Positions 21,425 to 29,657 of a stretch of DNA of 64,000 bases are shown piece after piece. The notes under the pieces are model-generated. The model searched no databases and had not been told where the DNA came from. It saw nothing but the letters and a program-made list of their open reading frames with translations. A program made the position numbers and the translations under genes. This DNA comes from a virus: IMG/VR virus record IMGVR_UViG_3300047373_000579, positions 8,625 through 72,624 of that record. One strand, written 5' to 3'. How positions within the stretch are numbered: position 1 is the stretch's first letter; each line of letters opens with the position of its first letter.

Positions 21425-21753
21425 GCTTTTGTATAAGCAACAACATCCATCACTTCCATACAAGGTGGTTGAGCTTCTGAATTACTTATCGCATCAACCA
21501 CAAAAATAGGTCCTTCGGTATAAATAATATATCGAAGGGTTTTTTTATCATTTTCACCATAGCCCAAAAATTTAATATTAACATTTTCAAAACCATATTC
21601 CATAAGTTTTTTACTTATTAAAGTTTTAATACCTTCACCCGTACAAGGGATGTCTTTAAGAACATTAGCCAACTCAATAGCACTAACCTCGTTAATTCTT
21701 GTTTCAGTTAGTTTATCTAACTGTGATTCTGTTAGTTTAATTATTTTTTTCAC
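21421..21753 (-). CDS. Hypothetical protein with shared leader (MKKIIKLTESQL..RINE)
   Basis: Leader shared with 38029, 39055 and 47049. Confidence 0.75.
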   Translation of the reverse strand: MKKIIKLTESQLDKLTETRINEVSAIELANVLKDIPCTGEGIKTLISKKLMEYGFENVNIKFLGYGENDKKTLRYIIYTEGPIFVVDAISNSEAQPPCMEVMDVVAYTKA

Positions 21754-22288
21754 CTCTATTTCTTTTTTTCTTTTTTTTATCTTTTGGTTCCGACTCTTCT
21801 TTTACTACTTCAACTAAAGATAGTTTATCGTTTAACAAATCTATAGTTTCTTCTAGTGATTTAATTTTACTGGTGTAAAAATTAACTAAATCTATTTTTT
21901 CATTTGTTAATTTTTCTCTAATTTCTACTAAAGAATCACCTAACTTAATTAATTTTTCTTCTTTTATTTTACATTTAGATAAAGCCAATTCTAATTCTTT
22001 CTTAGTTAATTGTAGGTTAGCGTCAATATCTTCAATTCTTTTAACCTTTCTATCAATAATGTATTGTTCTTGTTTTATTGTTTGTTCTAAGGAATCCATA
22101 ATAAATACCTTTTGTCTATTGTTTTCCCTTATTTTACCAATCTTACCGTCAGCATAAGATAATAAACTATCCGTTTTATTTATGACCTCAACATAATGTT
22201 TAGTCTTAACCTCTTCTTTAACCTCTATTGTTTTACCACAAGAGAATAAAGCTGTTGTAGATAATAAAATTAATTTATACTTAAACAT
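21737..22288 (-). CDS. Coiled-coil lipoprotein (o-spanin candidate)
   Basis: Signal peptide with lipobox LFS-C(G) followed by a long coiled coil. Confidence 0.6.
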   Translation of the reverse strand: MFKYKLILLSTTALFSCGKTIEVKEEVKTKHYVEVINKTDSLLSYADGKIGKIRENNRQKVFIMDSLEQTIKQEQYIIDRKVKRIEDIDANLQLTKKELELALSKCKIKEEKLIKLGDSLVEIREKLTNEKIDLVNFYTSKIKSLEETIDLLNDKLSLVEVVKEESEPKDKKKKKRNRGEKNN

Positions 22289-22500
22289 TCTAATAACTTT
22301 TCATTTATTTTATCTAGTTTTTTCTCTAGTTCTTGTTCTTCTGCTTCTAATTTTTCGATTCTTTTTTCATAATCATTAAAAATCCTTTCATTCTTTTTAT
22401 CGGCGTCAAGGTAAAGATAACCCACCACTATGACTAATAAGAAAGCTATAGCCGCTATAGGACTTTTTTTAAATTGGTCAAATGATACAGGTAATTTCAT
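22270..22500 (-). CDS. Single-TM coiled-coil protein (i-spanin candidate)
   Basis: N-terminal TM then coiled coil with a C-terminal Cys; overlaps the lipoprotein gene; late motif at 22506-22513. Confidence 0.6.
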   Translation of the reverse strand: MKLPVSFDQFKKSPIAAIAFLLVIVVGYLYLDADKKNERIFNDYEKRIEKLEAEEQELEKKLDKINEKLLECLSIN

Positions 22501-22512
22501 ATATTATAAATA

Positions 22513-23079
22513 TTAATCGTAATCTTCATCGTAATCTCTAGGGTCAAAACCAGACTGTCTTTTTTCGTATTCCTCTGACTCTAAACCAGATTCATATTCT
22601 CTACCTTCTTCAAAACCCCTATTATATATTATCGATTTTTGTTTTTTTATCTCATCTTCTAATTCCCCTCTCATATCAATTTTCCCATCTTCAAAACCTT
22701 CATCATAAGCCTCTTCAAGTTCATTGTCAATGTCATACTTAGCATCTATTTCACCATCATACACACCTTCTCTATAACCCTCATTATGACCTTCTTCCCA
22801 ACCCTCTCGTTGACCTGTATCTCTACCACTATCATAAATAGATTCAGAAAAATCATATAACACATCAGCCATTTCATCTAATTTTTCACCACTTAAACCT
22901 AAACGATAAATAAAGTCTACTAATTTATTTGAATCTACAAATCTTTCATGAATATAATAATCATTATCCTCTAAATTTTTTAATTTATTAGTGATTTCAC
23001 TTTTTGATGCGGGGTTGGTATTTTTAACCCAATCAAAATCATTATCTTCCTTTAATATTTTCTTAATTAAATCTTTCAT
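22513..23079 (-). CDS. Leader plus DW-motif protein with GxxxG (FliH/Yae1-like) repeats
   Basis: MKDLIKKILKEDNDFDWVKN then repeats such as GWEEGHNEGYREG. I place the start at 23079 rather than 23085 because of the promoter position. Confidence 0.75.
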   Translation of the reverse strand: MKDLIKKILKEDNDFDWVKNTNPASKSEITNKLKNLEDNDYYIHERFVDSNKLVDFIYRLGLSGEKLDEMADVLYDFSESIYDSGRDTGQREGWEEGHNEGYREGVYDGEIDAKYDIDNELEEAYDEGFEDGKIDMRGELEDEIKKQKSIIYNRGFEEGREYESGLESEEYEKRQSGFDPRDYDEDYD

Positions 23080-23088
23080 TATCATTTA

Positions 23089-23108
23089 ATAAATATCACG
23101 ATATTTAT
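23089..23108. promoter_or_regulatory. Back-to-back divergent late-promoter motifs
   Basis: ATAAATATC-ac-GATATTTAT inverted repeat between divergent genes. Confidence 0.75.
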
Positions 23109-23112
23109 GAAT

Positions 23113-24207
23113 ATGGACATAAACGAGAAAGAAATTGAACAAGCCAGCAGAAAGATAGATTTATCTGGATTTAAAATGCAGGATGAACTCAACCCTAAGA
23201 TATGGGATAAAGAACAAAAGATGAAACCTGATGTTAAAAAAACTCTATTAAAGATTGCTGATGATTATTTTGAATCTTTAGATTTACCTGGGGTAGATAT
23301 TGAAGATGTTACTATGACGGGTTCTTTAGCTAACTATAATTGGTCTAAGTACTCTGATGTTGATTTACATATTGTAGTGGATTATAATGATATTCCTGTA
23401 GATGAGGATTTAGTTGTAGATTTTCTTAAATCAAAAAGTTCTAATTGGAATAAAGAACATGATGTTAAAATATATGGGTACGATGTTGAACTATATGTTC
23501 AAGATGAAAATGAAGAGCATCACTCAACTGGGGTTTACTCTATACTAAAAAACGAGTGGATAACCAAACCACAAAAAAAGAAAATATCTTTTAACGATAA
23601 GTCCGTTAAAGATAAATCAAATCGTTTTATGGATAAAATAGAGGAGATTTATAGTGAAATGGACGATGTTGATAATAGTGAGACGATTAAACGTGTTGAT
23701 AAATTAACAGAAAAAATTAAAAAAATGCGTCAATCAGGTTTAGAGTCTGGTGGTGAATTTTCAGTTGAAAATATTGTTTTTAAAGTTTTAAGACGTAATG
23801 GTATGTTGGATAGATTGTATGATATTAAAACTGTCGCGTATGATAAATCCGTTACCTTAGAATCTACAATTATGAATGAGAGGTTGATGGATAAAATAAA
23901 AGAAATTAACCCAAAAGAAGAAATAGATAAAGCCAAAAAAAAATTAAAAAAGTTTGGTGAAGGTTTAAAACAAGAAGGGAAAGAAACAAAGAGGGCTTGG
24001 AATACTGTAGTTGATGCTATAAATAATAAAAGAGATTTAACACCCGAAGAAAGAAAAGAGGTTGGTGACCAATTAGGTGACTTATTAAAAACAACTGGTC
24101 TTACCTTAGCTACCTTTTTACCAGGTGGTATATTATATCTTTTATTAACAAGAGTTCCACGTTTTAAAAAATACCTAATTCCATCTTCTTTCAGGGATTT
24201 AAACTAA
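23113..24207 (+). CDS. Pol-beta-superfamily nucleotidyltransferase with a C-terminal LETM1-like domain
   Basis: TGSLANYNWSKYSDVDLH (GS..DxD) and DVELYVQ; C-terminus DLTPEERKEV..LLKT..FLPGG..LIPSSF. The ATG at 23107 overlaps the promoter motif, so 23113 is preferred. Confidence 0.8.
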   Translation: MDINEKEIEQASRKIDLSGFKMQDELNPKIWDKEQKMKPDVKKTLLKIADDYFESLDLPGVDIEDVTMTGSLANYNWSKYSDVDLHIVVDYNDIPVDEDLVVDFLKSKSSNWNKEHDVKIYGYDVELYVQDENEEHHSTGVYSILKNEWITKPQKKKISFNDKSVKDKSNRFMDKIEEIYSEMDDVDNSETIKRVDKLTEKIKKMRQSGLESGGEFSVENIVFKVLRRNGMLDRLYDIKTVAYDKSVTLESTIMNERLMDKIKEINPKEEIDKAKKKLKKFGEGLKQEGKETKRAWNTVVDAINNKRDLTPEERKEVGDQLGDLLKTTGLTLATFLPGGILYLLLTRVPRFKKYLIPSSFRDLN

Positions 24208-24237
24208 AATAAACATATTTATATATAAAAGAAAATT

Positions 24238-24522
24238 ATGGGCACTAGTTATTATGTATTACATACACCAGCTGAAGCTAATTATTCAGCTTACACCTAT
24301 TACCAAATATACGTTAATGCGGGTGGTACTTTAACCTATAAAGGTAGTGTACTACCATCACCATCAGGTGGACCAATTGTTTTAGATTTGACAGTTAATT
24401 CACCCACAGATGCAACAGGTACATTAATATCCTTTTTAGGTAAGAAAAAACCTGAAGCATTCGCACCAGGACCTCCAGGTCAAGGTGGTGTTAACACAGA
24501 TGGAACTTGGAGTATAAAGTAA
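24238..24522 (+). CDS. Hypothetical virion protein
   Basis: 94 aa after the late motif at 24215-24222. Confidence 0.7.
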   Translation: MGTSYYVLHTPAEANYSAYTYYQIYVNAGGTLTYKGSVLPSPSGGPIVLDLTVNSPTDATGTLISFLGKKKPEAFAPGPPGQGGVNTDGTWSIK

Positions 24523-24536
24523 AAAAATAAAATAAA

Positions 24537-26840
24537 ATGAAAAAAAGTACTTTAAATAGAATGTTAAAATTAGCGGATATTAAACCTGTTATAAAAGAAA
24601 GTAAAATGTCACTTTCTAATTTTGAATTAGTTAAAAATTCTGCTGATGGTAATACTTACGCAATTGTAAGAGAAAATAAAAGATACCACATAAAACAAGC
24701 CCAAACGAAAGAAAATTTAGTTGAGTCTGATTTTGATTACGTTGGTGGTGTGGCAAATAAAATAAAAAGGTCTTTTACTTCATTTAGTGAAGCAACAAAA
24801 AACCTTAATTTAATGTTTGAAGAAATTAATAATCACTATGAAAATGAAAGTACTAATATACTAGAATCTGATAGTGTTTTATCTGAAAAAAAGTTTGTTT
24901 TAAAATTAGACAAAAAGAAAAAAACTAAATCTGCTCCTCCAGCAGAAGAACCAATGGAAGAACCGGCAGCTGAAGAAGGTGGTGAAGATGAATTTGATTT
25001 TGGTGGAGAAGAAGAAACCGAAGAAGGTGGTGATGATTTTGACTTTGAAGGAGGTGAAGAAGAAGGTGGTGATGATTTTGACTTTGAAGGAGGTGAAGAA
25101 GAAGGTGGAGAAGAATTTGATTTCGAAGATGAAGAAGGTGGTGAAGAAGAATCTGATGTTGAGGAATTTGGTGGTGAAGAAGATGAAGATTTAGAGTTAG
25201 ATGACTCTGATGATGAAATTAAAGATATTCAAAGTACAACAGGAAAATTAGGACAACAATTAAGAGATGTTGAAGATATTTCTTCTGATATGCAAAAATG
25301 GGTTGCTAAATCTGTGTTATCAGCTTTAGACCTAGATACAATGGATTCAGAAGACAAAAAAGATATTATTAAAACCGTTAAAAAGAAATCAGATAAACCA
25401 GCTGAAGATGAAGAAGTGGAATCTTCTGAAGAAGAATTTGATTTTGAAGAAATGGAGGAGTCATATGATAACCATATGGGTGATGATTACGAAGATGACA
25501 TGGATGGTATGGATAATTATAACTGGGATGGTGTTAATATAGAAGACGAGTTCCCTTCTTATGAAGATGTTTATGATGAAACTGAAGAAACAGAACTTGT
25601 TGATGAGGATGAAGAAAGGTACATCAAACCAAGAAAAAGAAGAAATACTACTTCTGCTTTACCAGGTTTTCATAGACCAAATTTAAGAAATCAAGAACAT
25701 GATTCTGATGAGTATGATTCACATATGAGTGAAAAAAGCATGGAAGAGATTGATGAGTTTCTTATGGATATGGAAGAAACGGGTATTATAGAACCGTCTA
25801 ATGAGTATGATGATTATGATTCATATATGGATGAAACTACCGTTGTACAAGGAAACTCAGGAGAAGAAGAAGCAGGAGAAGAAGGTAACTATGACCCAAA
25901 TAGAGCGGCTTACGAATCTGAAGATAAAGGAGAAGATACTGAAATAGGTGGTGACGAAGATGATAAAGTTGCTGACCCTGATGACAAAAATGTTGAAGAT
26001 AAATTATTATTAGATATTGAAGAAGATATGGGACCTGAAGAAATGGAAGCTCTTTATGGACCTAATACAAAAAAATATGACAGGTCAGGTTCTTCTAGAG
26101 CTATGAGACAAGCTGATAAAGATATTTCAACCCATTACCATAGACCGGCAGCACCAGGTTATGATTTAGACCCTATAGAAAAATGGGCAAAACATAAATT
26201 ACCTTATGATACCGAATTTATGGGTGAAGGTGATTATATGACAGAAGACCACTTAAACGATAAGATGGAAACTTACGAACAAGAAAAGGCTTATGAAGAT
26301 GTAGAAACTGTTGTTAGAAGATATGGAATGGATGTTGAATTAAGAGAAAAGGCAACATCTGAAGACCCTGAAGAAAGTTTAATTTATTTAGACATTGTTG
26401 ATGGTGACACAAAATTACTTGTGGCTAGAATAAATTCAGTAGGTGATATTGAAGTTGGTGAGATGAGGGGTAATAAGTTTACAGGTGAACCGCTTGACAG
26501 TGTGGAAGATTTTATCGAAATTTTTGGTGAAGATTTAACTAAAAAAGAAAAACAAAAATTAGATATGGAAGAAAATATTGAAATGAGCCCAGCACCACAA
26601 AAAGCACCCGAAGAAAAACCAAACGAACCAGCAACAAAACCTGGTACACCCGATAAAACACCAGGAAAAGATAGACCTTCAAGAAGGCCGTTCACTCCAC
26701 CCCCAACAATTACGCCGGGAGAGGAACCAGGACCTAAAGCGGCTGACGGACAAGATAAAGTAGATAAAGATACGAGGTACGATAAGGATAATGAAAAGTG
26801 GAGTTGGGAAAAAGATAACGAAGACGTAGAATTCGAATAA
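24537..26840 (+). CDS. Very acidic, low-complexity prohead/core-associated protein
   Basis: 767 aa, D/E-rich; N-terminus LNRMLKLADIKPVIKES; Pro-rich C-terminal segment. Confidence 0.8.
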   Translation: MKKSTLNRMLKLADIKPVIKESKMSLSNFELVKNSADGNTYAIVRENKRYHIKQAQTKENLVESDFDYVGGVANKIKRSFTSFSEATKNLNLMFEEINNHYENESTNILESDSVLSEKKFVLKLDKKKKTKSAPPAEEPMEEPAAEEGGEDEFDFGGEEETEEGGDDFDFEGGEEEGGDDFDFEGGEEEGGEEFDFEDEEGGEEESDVEEFGGEEDEDLELDDSDDEIKDIQSTTGKLGQQLRDVEDISSDMQKWVAKSVLSALDLDTMDSEDKKDIIKTVKKKSDKPAEDEEVESSEEEFDFEEMEESYDNHMGDDYEDDMDGMDNYNWDGVNIEDEFPSYEDVYDETEETELVDEDEERYIKPRKRRNTTSALPGFHRPNLRNQEHDSDEYDSHMSEKSMEEIDEFLMDMEETGIIEPSNEYDDYDSYMDETTVVQGNSGEEEAGEEGNYDPNRAAYESEDKGEDTEIGGDEDDKVADPDDKNVEDKLLLDIEEDMGPEEMEALYGPNTKKYDRSGSSRAMRQADKDISTHYHRPAAPGYDLDPIEKWAKHKLPYDTEFMGEGDYMTEDHLNDKMETYEQEKAYEDVETVVRRYGMDVELREKATSEDPEESLIYLDIVDGDTKLLVARINSVGDIEVGEMRGNKFTGEPLDSVEDFIEIFGEDLTKKEKQKLDMEENIEMSPAPQKAPEEKPNEPATKPGTPDKTPGKDRPSRRPFTPPPTITPGEEPGPKAADGQDKVDKDTRYDKDNEKWSWEKDNEDVEFE
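25020..25108 (+). repeat. 39-bp coding tandem repeat (EEGGDDFDFEGGE)
   Basis: gaagaaggtggtgatgattttgactttgaaggaggtgaa occurs twice exactly plus a partial third copy. Confidence 0.85.
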
Positions 26841-26854
26841 TAAAAAAATAAATT

Positions 26855-27217
26855 ATGAACAACAACCCATTTAAACAACCAATGATGTCAAACATATCAG
26901 GACTCAAATGTGATAATCCTGAATGTGAATATAAAGATGATACGGTTGATAGTGTTGATTATGAACAACATATAGATAAACCATGTCCTGATTGTGGTGA
27001 AAGTCTTTTAACACAAGATGATTATGATAAGGTACAACAAATACAACAACAAATAATGGACCTTAACAAATTGTTTGGTAATATGTCTGGTATGGGAATG
27101 CCTACAGATGGTGATGAAGACCCACAGTACACAGAATTAAACCCTGATATGTTAAAAGGTTTAGGTGATGATGAAAACATGAACGAAACTATTAAGAGAT
27201 TTAATAAACTTATTTAA
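26855..27217 (+). CDS. Zn-ribbon protein
   Basis: CDNPEC..CPDCG; C-terminus MNETIKRFNKLI. Confidence 0.75.
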   Translation: MNNNPFKQPMMSNISGLKCDNPECEYKDDTVDSVDYEQHIDKPCPDCGESLLTQDDYDKVQQIQQQIMDLNKLFGNMSGMGMPTDGDEDPQYTELNPDMLKGLGDDENMNETIKRFNKLI

Positions 27218-27630
27218 TGTATCTAATCTACATCAACAGAATAGGAACAACATTTAAAGGGGAACACATTTTTGAGTTCCTCTTTTCGCATTCAATAGAA
27301 TGGGATTGGGATGATACGTGGTATGAGTCATCAGTTATGACAGATACTAGAGAATTAGCACCTGATGAATCTATAGTAAAAATTGTAGGAACATTAAAAA
27401 CGGATGAATTTAATTTAGAATTAGTGCAGGAGGATGGTGTTCGTGATATTTATAATGCAGTAGAAGGAATTATTGCGTTGGGTTGGGAAAAGTTGGAGGA
27501 TGAAGAAGAAATACCTGAAAAACGTAGGGTATTTAATTTTGGTGACACCAAAGAGTCTGTTGATGAACAACTTTATGAATATGACCTAGCGTTAAAATAT
27601 AAAGAAAATAAAATAACAAGAGATGTCTAA
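27217..27630 (+). CDS. Hypothetical phage protein
   Basis: 137 aa, translationally coupled on both sides. Confidence 0.75.
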   Translation: MYLIYINRIGTTFKGEHIFEFLFSHSIEWDWDDTWYESSVMTDTRELAPDESIVKIVGTLKTDEFNLELVQEDGVRDIYNAVEGIIALGWEKLEDEEEIPEKRRVFNFGDTKESVDEQLYEYDLALKYKENKITRDV

Positions 27631-29566
27631 TAAAGAAAAAAATAAAGAACCATATCTTTTACAAGATGAGAAGTCTTTGGATGAACTCAAAAATGTCGAC
27701 ACAACCATAATTGAGCCTGAAGACCAAGAAAAAGCTAGTAAAAATGACAATGAAGGTAAAAAAATAACCGATTTAATAAAAAAGGCTAAACCTGAAAATG
27801 TTAAATATCAGGAAGACGGTTCAATTGAAATAACAAATGAGGGTGATTTAGCTGAAGATGAGGTAAACGAATACAAAGAAACAGAAGGTTTTCATTTTGA
27901 TAAACTACAAATAAAAGGACAAGACGAAAAGAAATTTTTAGAATTTTTACAAGCTGTAGCGGATGGGAAAGTAGATGTTGGTTCTGTTTCTTTAGGGGCT
28001 AAGGGAGATTTAACAATACAAAAAGCTCACTATGACCCAACATTAAATAAAAAGGGAAAAATATTAACTAATGAATCATTTAAAAAATTAGTTAATAACT
28101 TTAATAGAATTAATTTGTCAGAGTCAGATATTATTAATATACTTGAAGAAACTCAGAACCCTACGATGACTAAATCTGAGTTATTGGAAACTATACAAAA
28201 CAATTTAATATCCGAAGCAAATATGAACGATAACGTAAGACAAAATTTTGAAAGTGGTGAAAACGATTACCAAGATATATTAGGTGGTGAACTAACTAAT
28301 CAGTTAGCCCAAGAAGCCTTCCAAGAAATAGCTGATGATATTAGAAGAAAAACAGGTAAACAAAATGTTACCTTAGGCGATGTACAAAACCTTTTGGGCA
28401 CATCTTTAATGGCGGCAGCAAAAGAAGAGTATAGAATTGGCACTGAAAGTTTGGAAAGAAAAGCGGTAGATATGATTCGTAAACAATACAACATCCCTGC
28501 TGATGCTGTTGAATTTGATGCTAAGATTGTGGGATTACCACCTCAAATGTTGGTTGGTGGTGATATGTCTCCTCAACAAATGGAACAATTATCAAACCAA
28601 GCTGGAATTAAGGTTGGTAAAATTAATCGTGAGGGTTTAAAAATGTCTAAAGGTGATAAACAACCACCCCAAGGTAAATCTCATGATGAATTAAAACCAC
28701 AAATAAAAAGACGTAGATTGACTAACGCTATGATGCATGGAGCGGCTAGAAAGTCACAAAATCTACACCATTTAGATGACCAATTAAGGGATGAAAACCC
28801 TCAGTTAGGTAGAAATTACGCTAATTTAATGGCAGCCAATGACGCTAACTATTTTTTAATAGATGATGAAACAATTAAAAGAGAAGGGGAGAGTGGTATT
28901 CACGCTGGTAATGTTAGAGTAGACCTTTCTAACAGAGAAAAACCAAAAATTATAGCTCAAGGGATGGTATTCCCAATACTTTTACATGAATTATCTAAAG
29001 GTGTGGTAGAGTTAATGTCATTATGGGGTTTACCTGAAGATGCTGAAACAAGAAGATATGTTTTAGATAAAACAGATAACTTATCTTCTGAAACAAATGA
29101 CATTCGTTTGGGTACAAAAATTTGGGAAAGGTTCGTATCTCAAATTCCTGTAGATAATCAAGAAGTGATTTCTTTAACTTGGAATATGTTACAAGAATTA
29201 CCCGATACTGAATATAATAACGTCATAGAGGGGTTAATTCAAAATAGTACTAACGCTGAACAAAAAGTTAGGAGATTGGCTGATGAAGCTTTAGAAGAGT
29301 TAAGAAAAGAATCTTCTGATGACGTTTTTGGTGGTTATGACGATAGCCCTGAAGAAGAAGATGATGGTGATACTTTAACACCACCAGAAGAAGAGGGTGG
29401 TAGAGAGGTAACACCTTCTCCCGAAATAGATGAACCATCTGAACCATCTGAACCTGACTATGAAAGAATGTCAAAAAGAGAATTAGAAAGAGAAATTGAT
29501 TCGGCTTTAGACACTGGGGATATGGAACTAGTTAGACATCTAGGTTCAATCCTAAATAAGAAATAA
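27623..29566 (+). CDS. Large hypothetical head-module protein
   Basis: 647 aa upstream of the terminase; several [IL]xE sites in the N-terminal third; ILLHELSKG (degenerate HExxH). Confidence 0.8.
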   Translation: MSNKEKNKEPYLLQDEKSLDELKNVDTTIIEPEDQEKASKNDNEGKKITDLIKKAKPENVKYQEDGSIEITNEGDLAEDEVNEYKETEGFHFDKLQIKGQDEKKFLEFLQAVADGKVDVGSVSLGAKGDLTIQKAHYDPTLNKKGKILTNESFKKLVNNFNRINLSESDIINILEETQNPTMTKSELLETIQNNLISEANMNDNVRQNFESGENDYQDILGGELTNQLAQEAFQEIADDIRRKTGKQNVTLGDVQNLLGTSLMAAAKEEYRIGTESLERKAVDMIRKQYNIPADAVEFDAKIVGLPPQMLVGGDMSPQQMEQLSNQAGIKVGKINREGLKMSKGDKQPPQGKSHDELKPQIKRRRLTNAMMHGAARKSQNLHHLDDQLRDENPQLGRNYANLMAANDANYFLIDDETIKREGESGIHAGNVRVDLSNREKPKIIAQGMVFPILLHELSKGVVELMSLWGLPEDAETRRYVLDKTDNLSSETNDIRLGTKIWERFVSQIPVDNQEVISLTWNMLQELPDTEYNNVIEGLIQNSTNAEQKVRRLADEALEELRKESSDDVFGGYDDSPEEEDDGDTLTPPEEEGGREVTPSPEIDEPSEPSEPDYERMSKRELEREIDSALDTGDMELVRHLGSILNKK

Positions 29567-29582
29567 CAGATTAGGACTGTTA

Positions 29583-29634
29583 TAGTCTACGGACTACGAA
29601 ACCCACTAAAGTTCGCTACTATGGTGGGTTTTTT
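29583..29634 (+). terminator. Intrinsic terminator preceded by a cUACGg hairpin
   Basis: TAGTC-TACG-GACTA, then AAACCCACTA..TGGTGGGTTT and a T tract. Confidence 0.7.
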
Positions 29635-29657
29635 CTTGCACATCGATATTTATAGGT

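Noticed and set aside
22513-23079. Flagellar FliH call from GxxxG repeats
   Set aside because: This is only a low-complexity resemblance; there is no FliH C-domain or flagellar context.
27623-29566. Zn metalloprotease call from HELSK
   Set aside because: The second His of HExxH is replaced by Lys, so there is not enough support.
29576-29632. Hammerhead ribozyme-like layout (CTG..stem..CGAAAC..stem)
   Set aside because: The core reads CUGUUAU rather than CUGAnGA, and no stem I can form.
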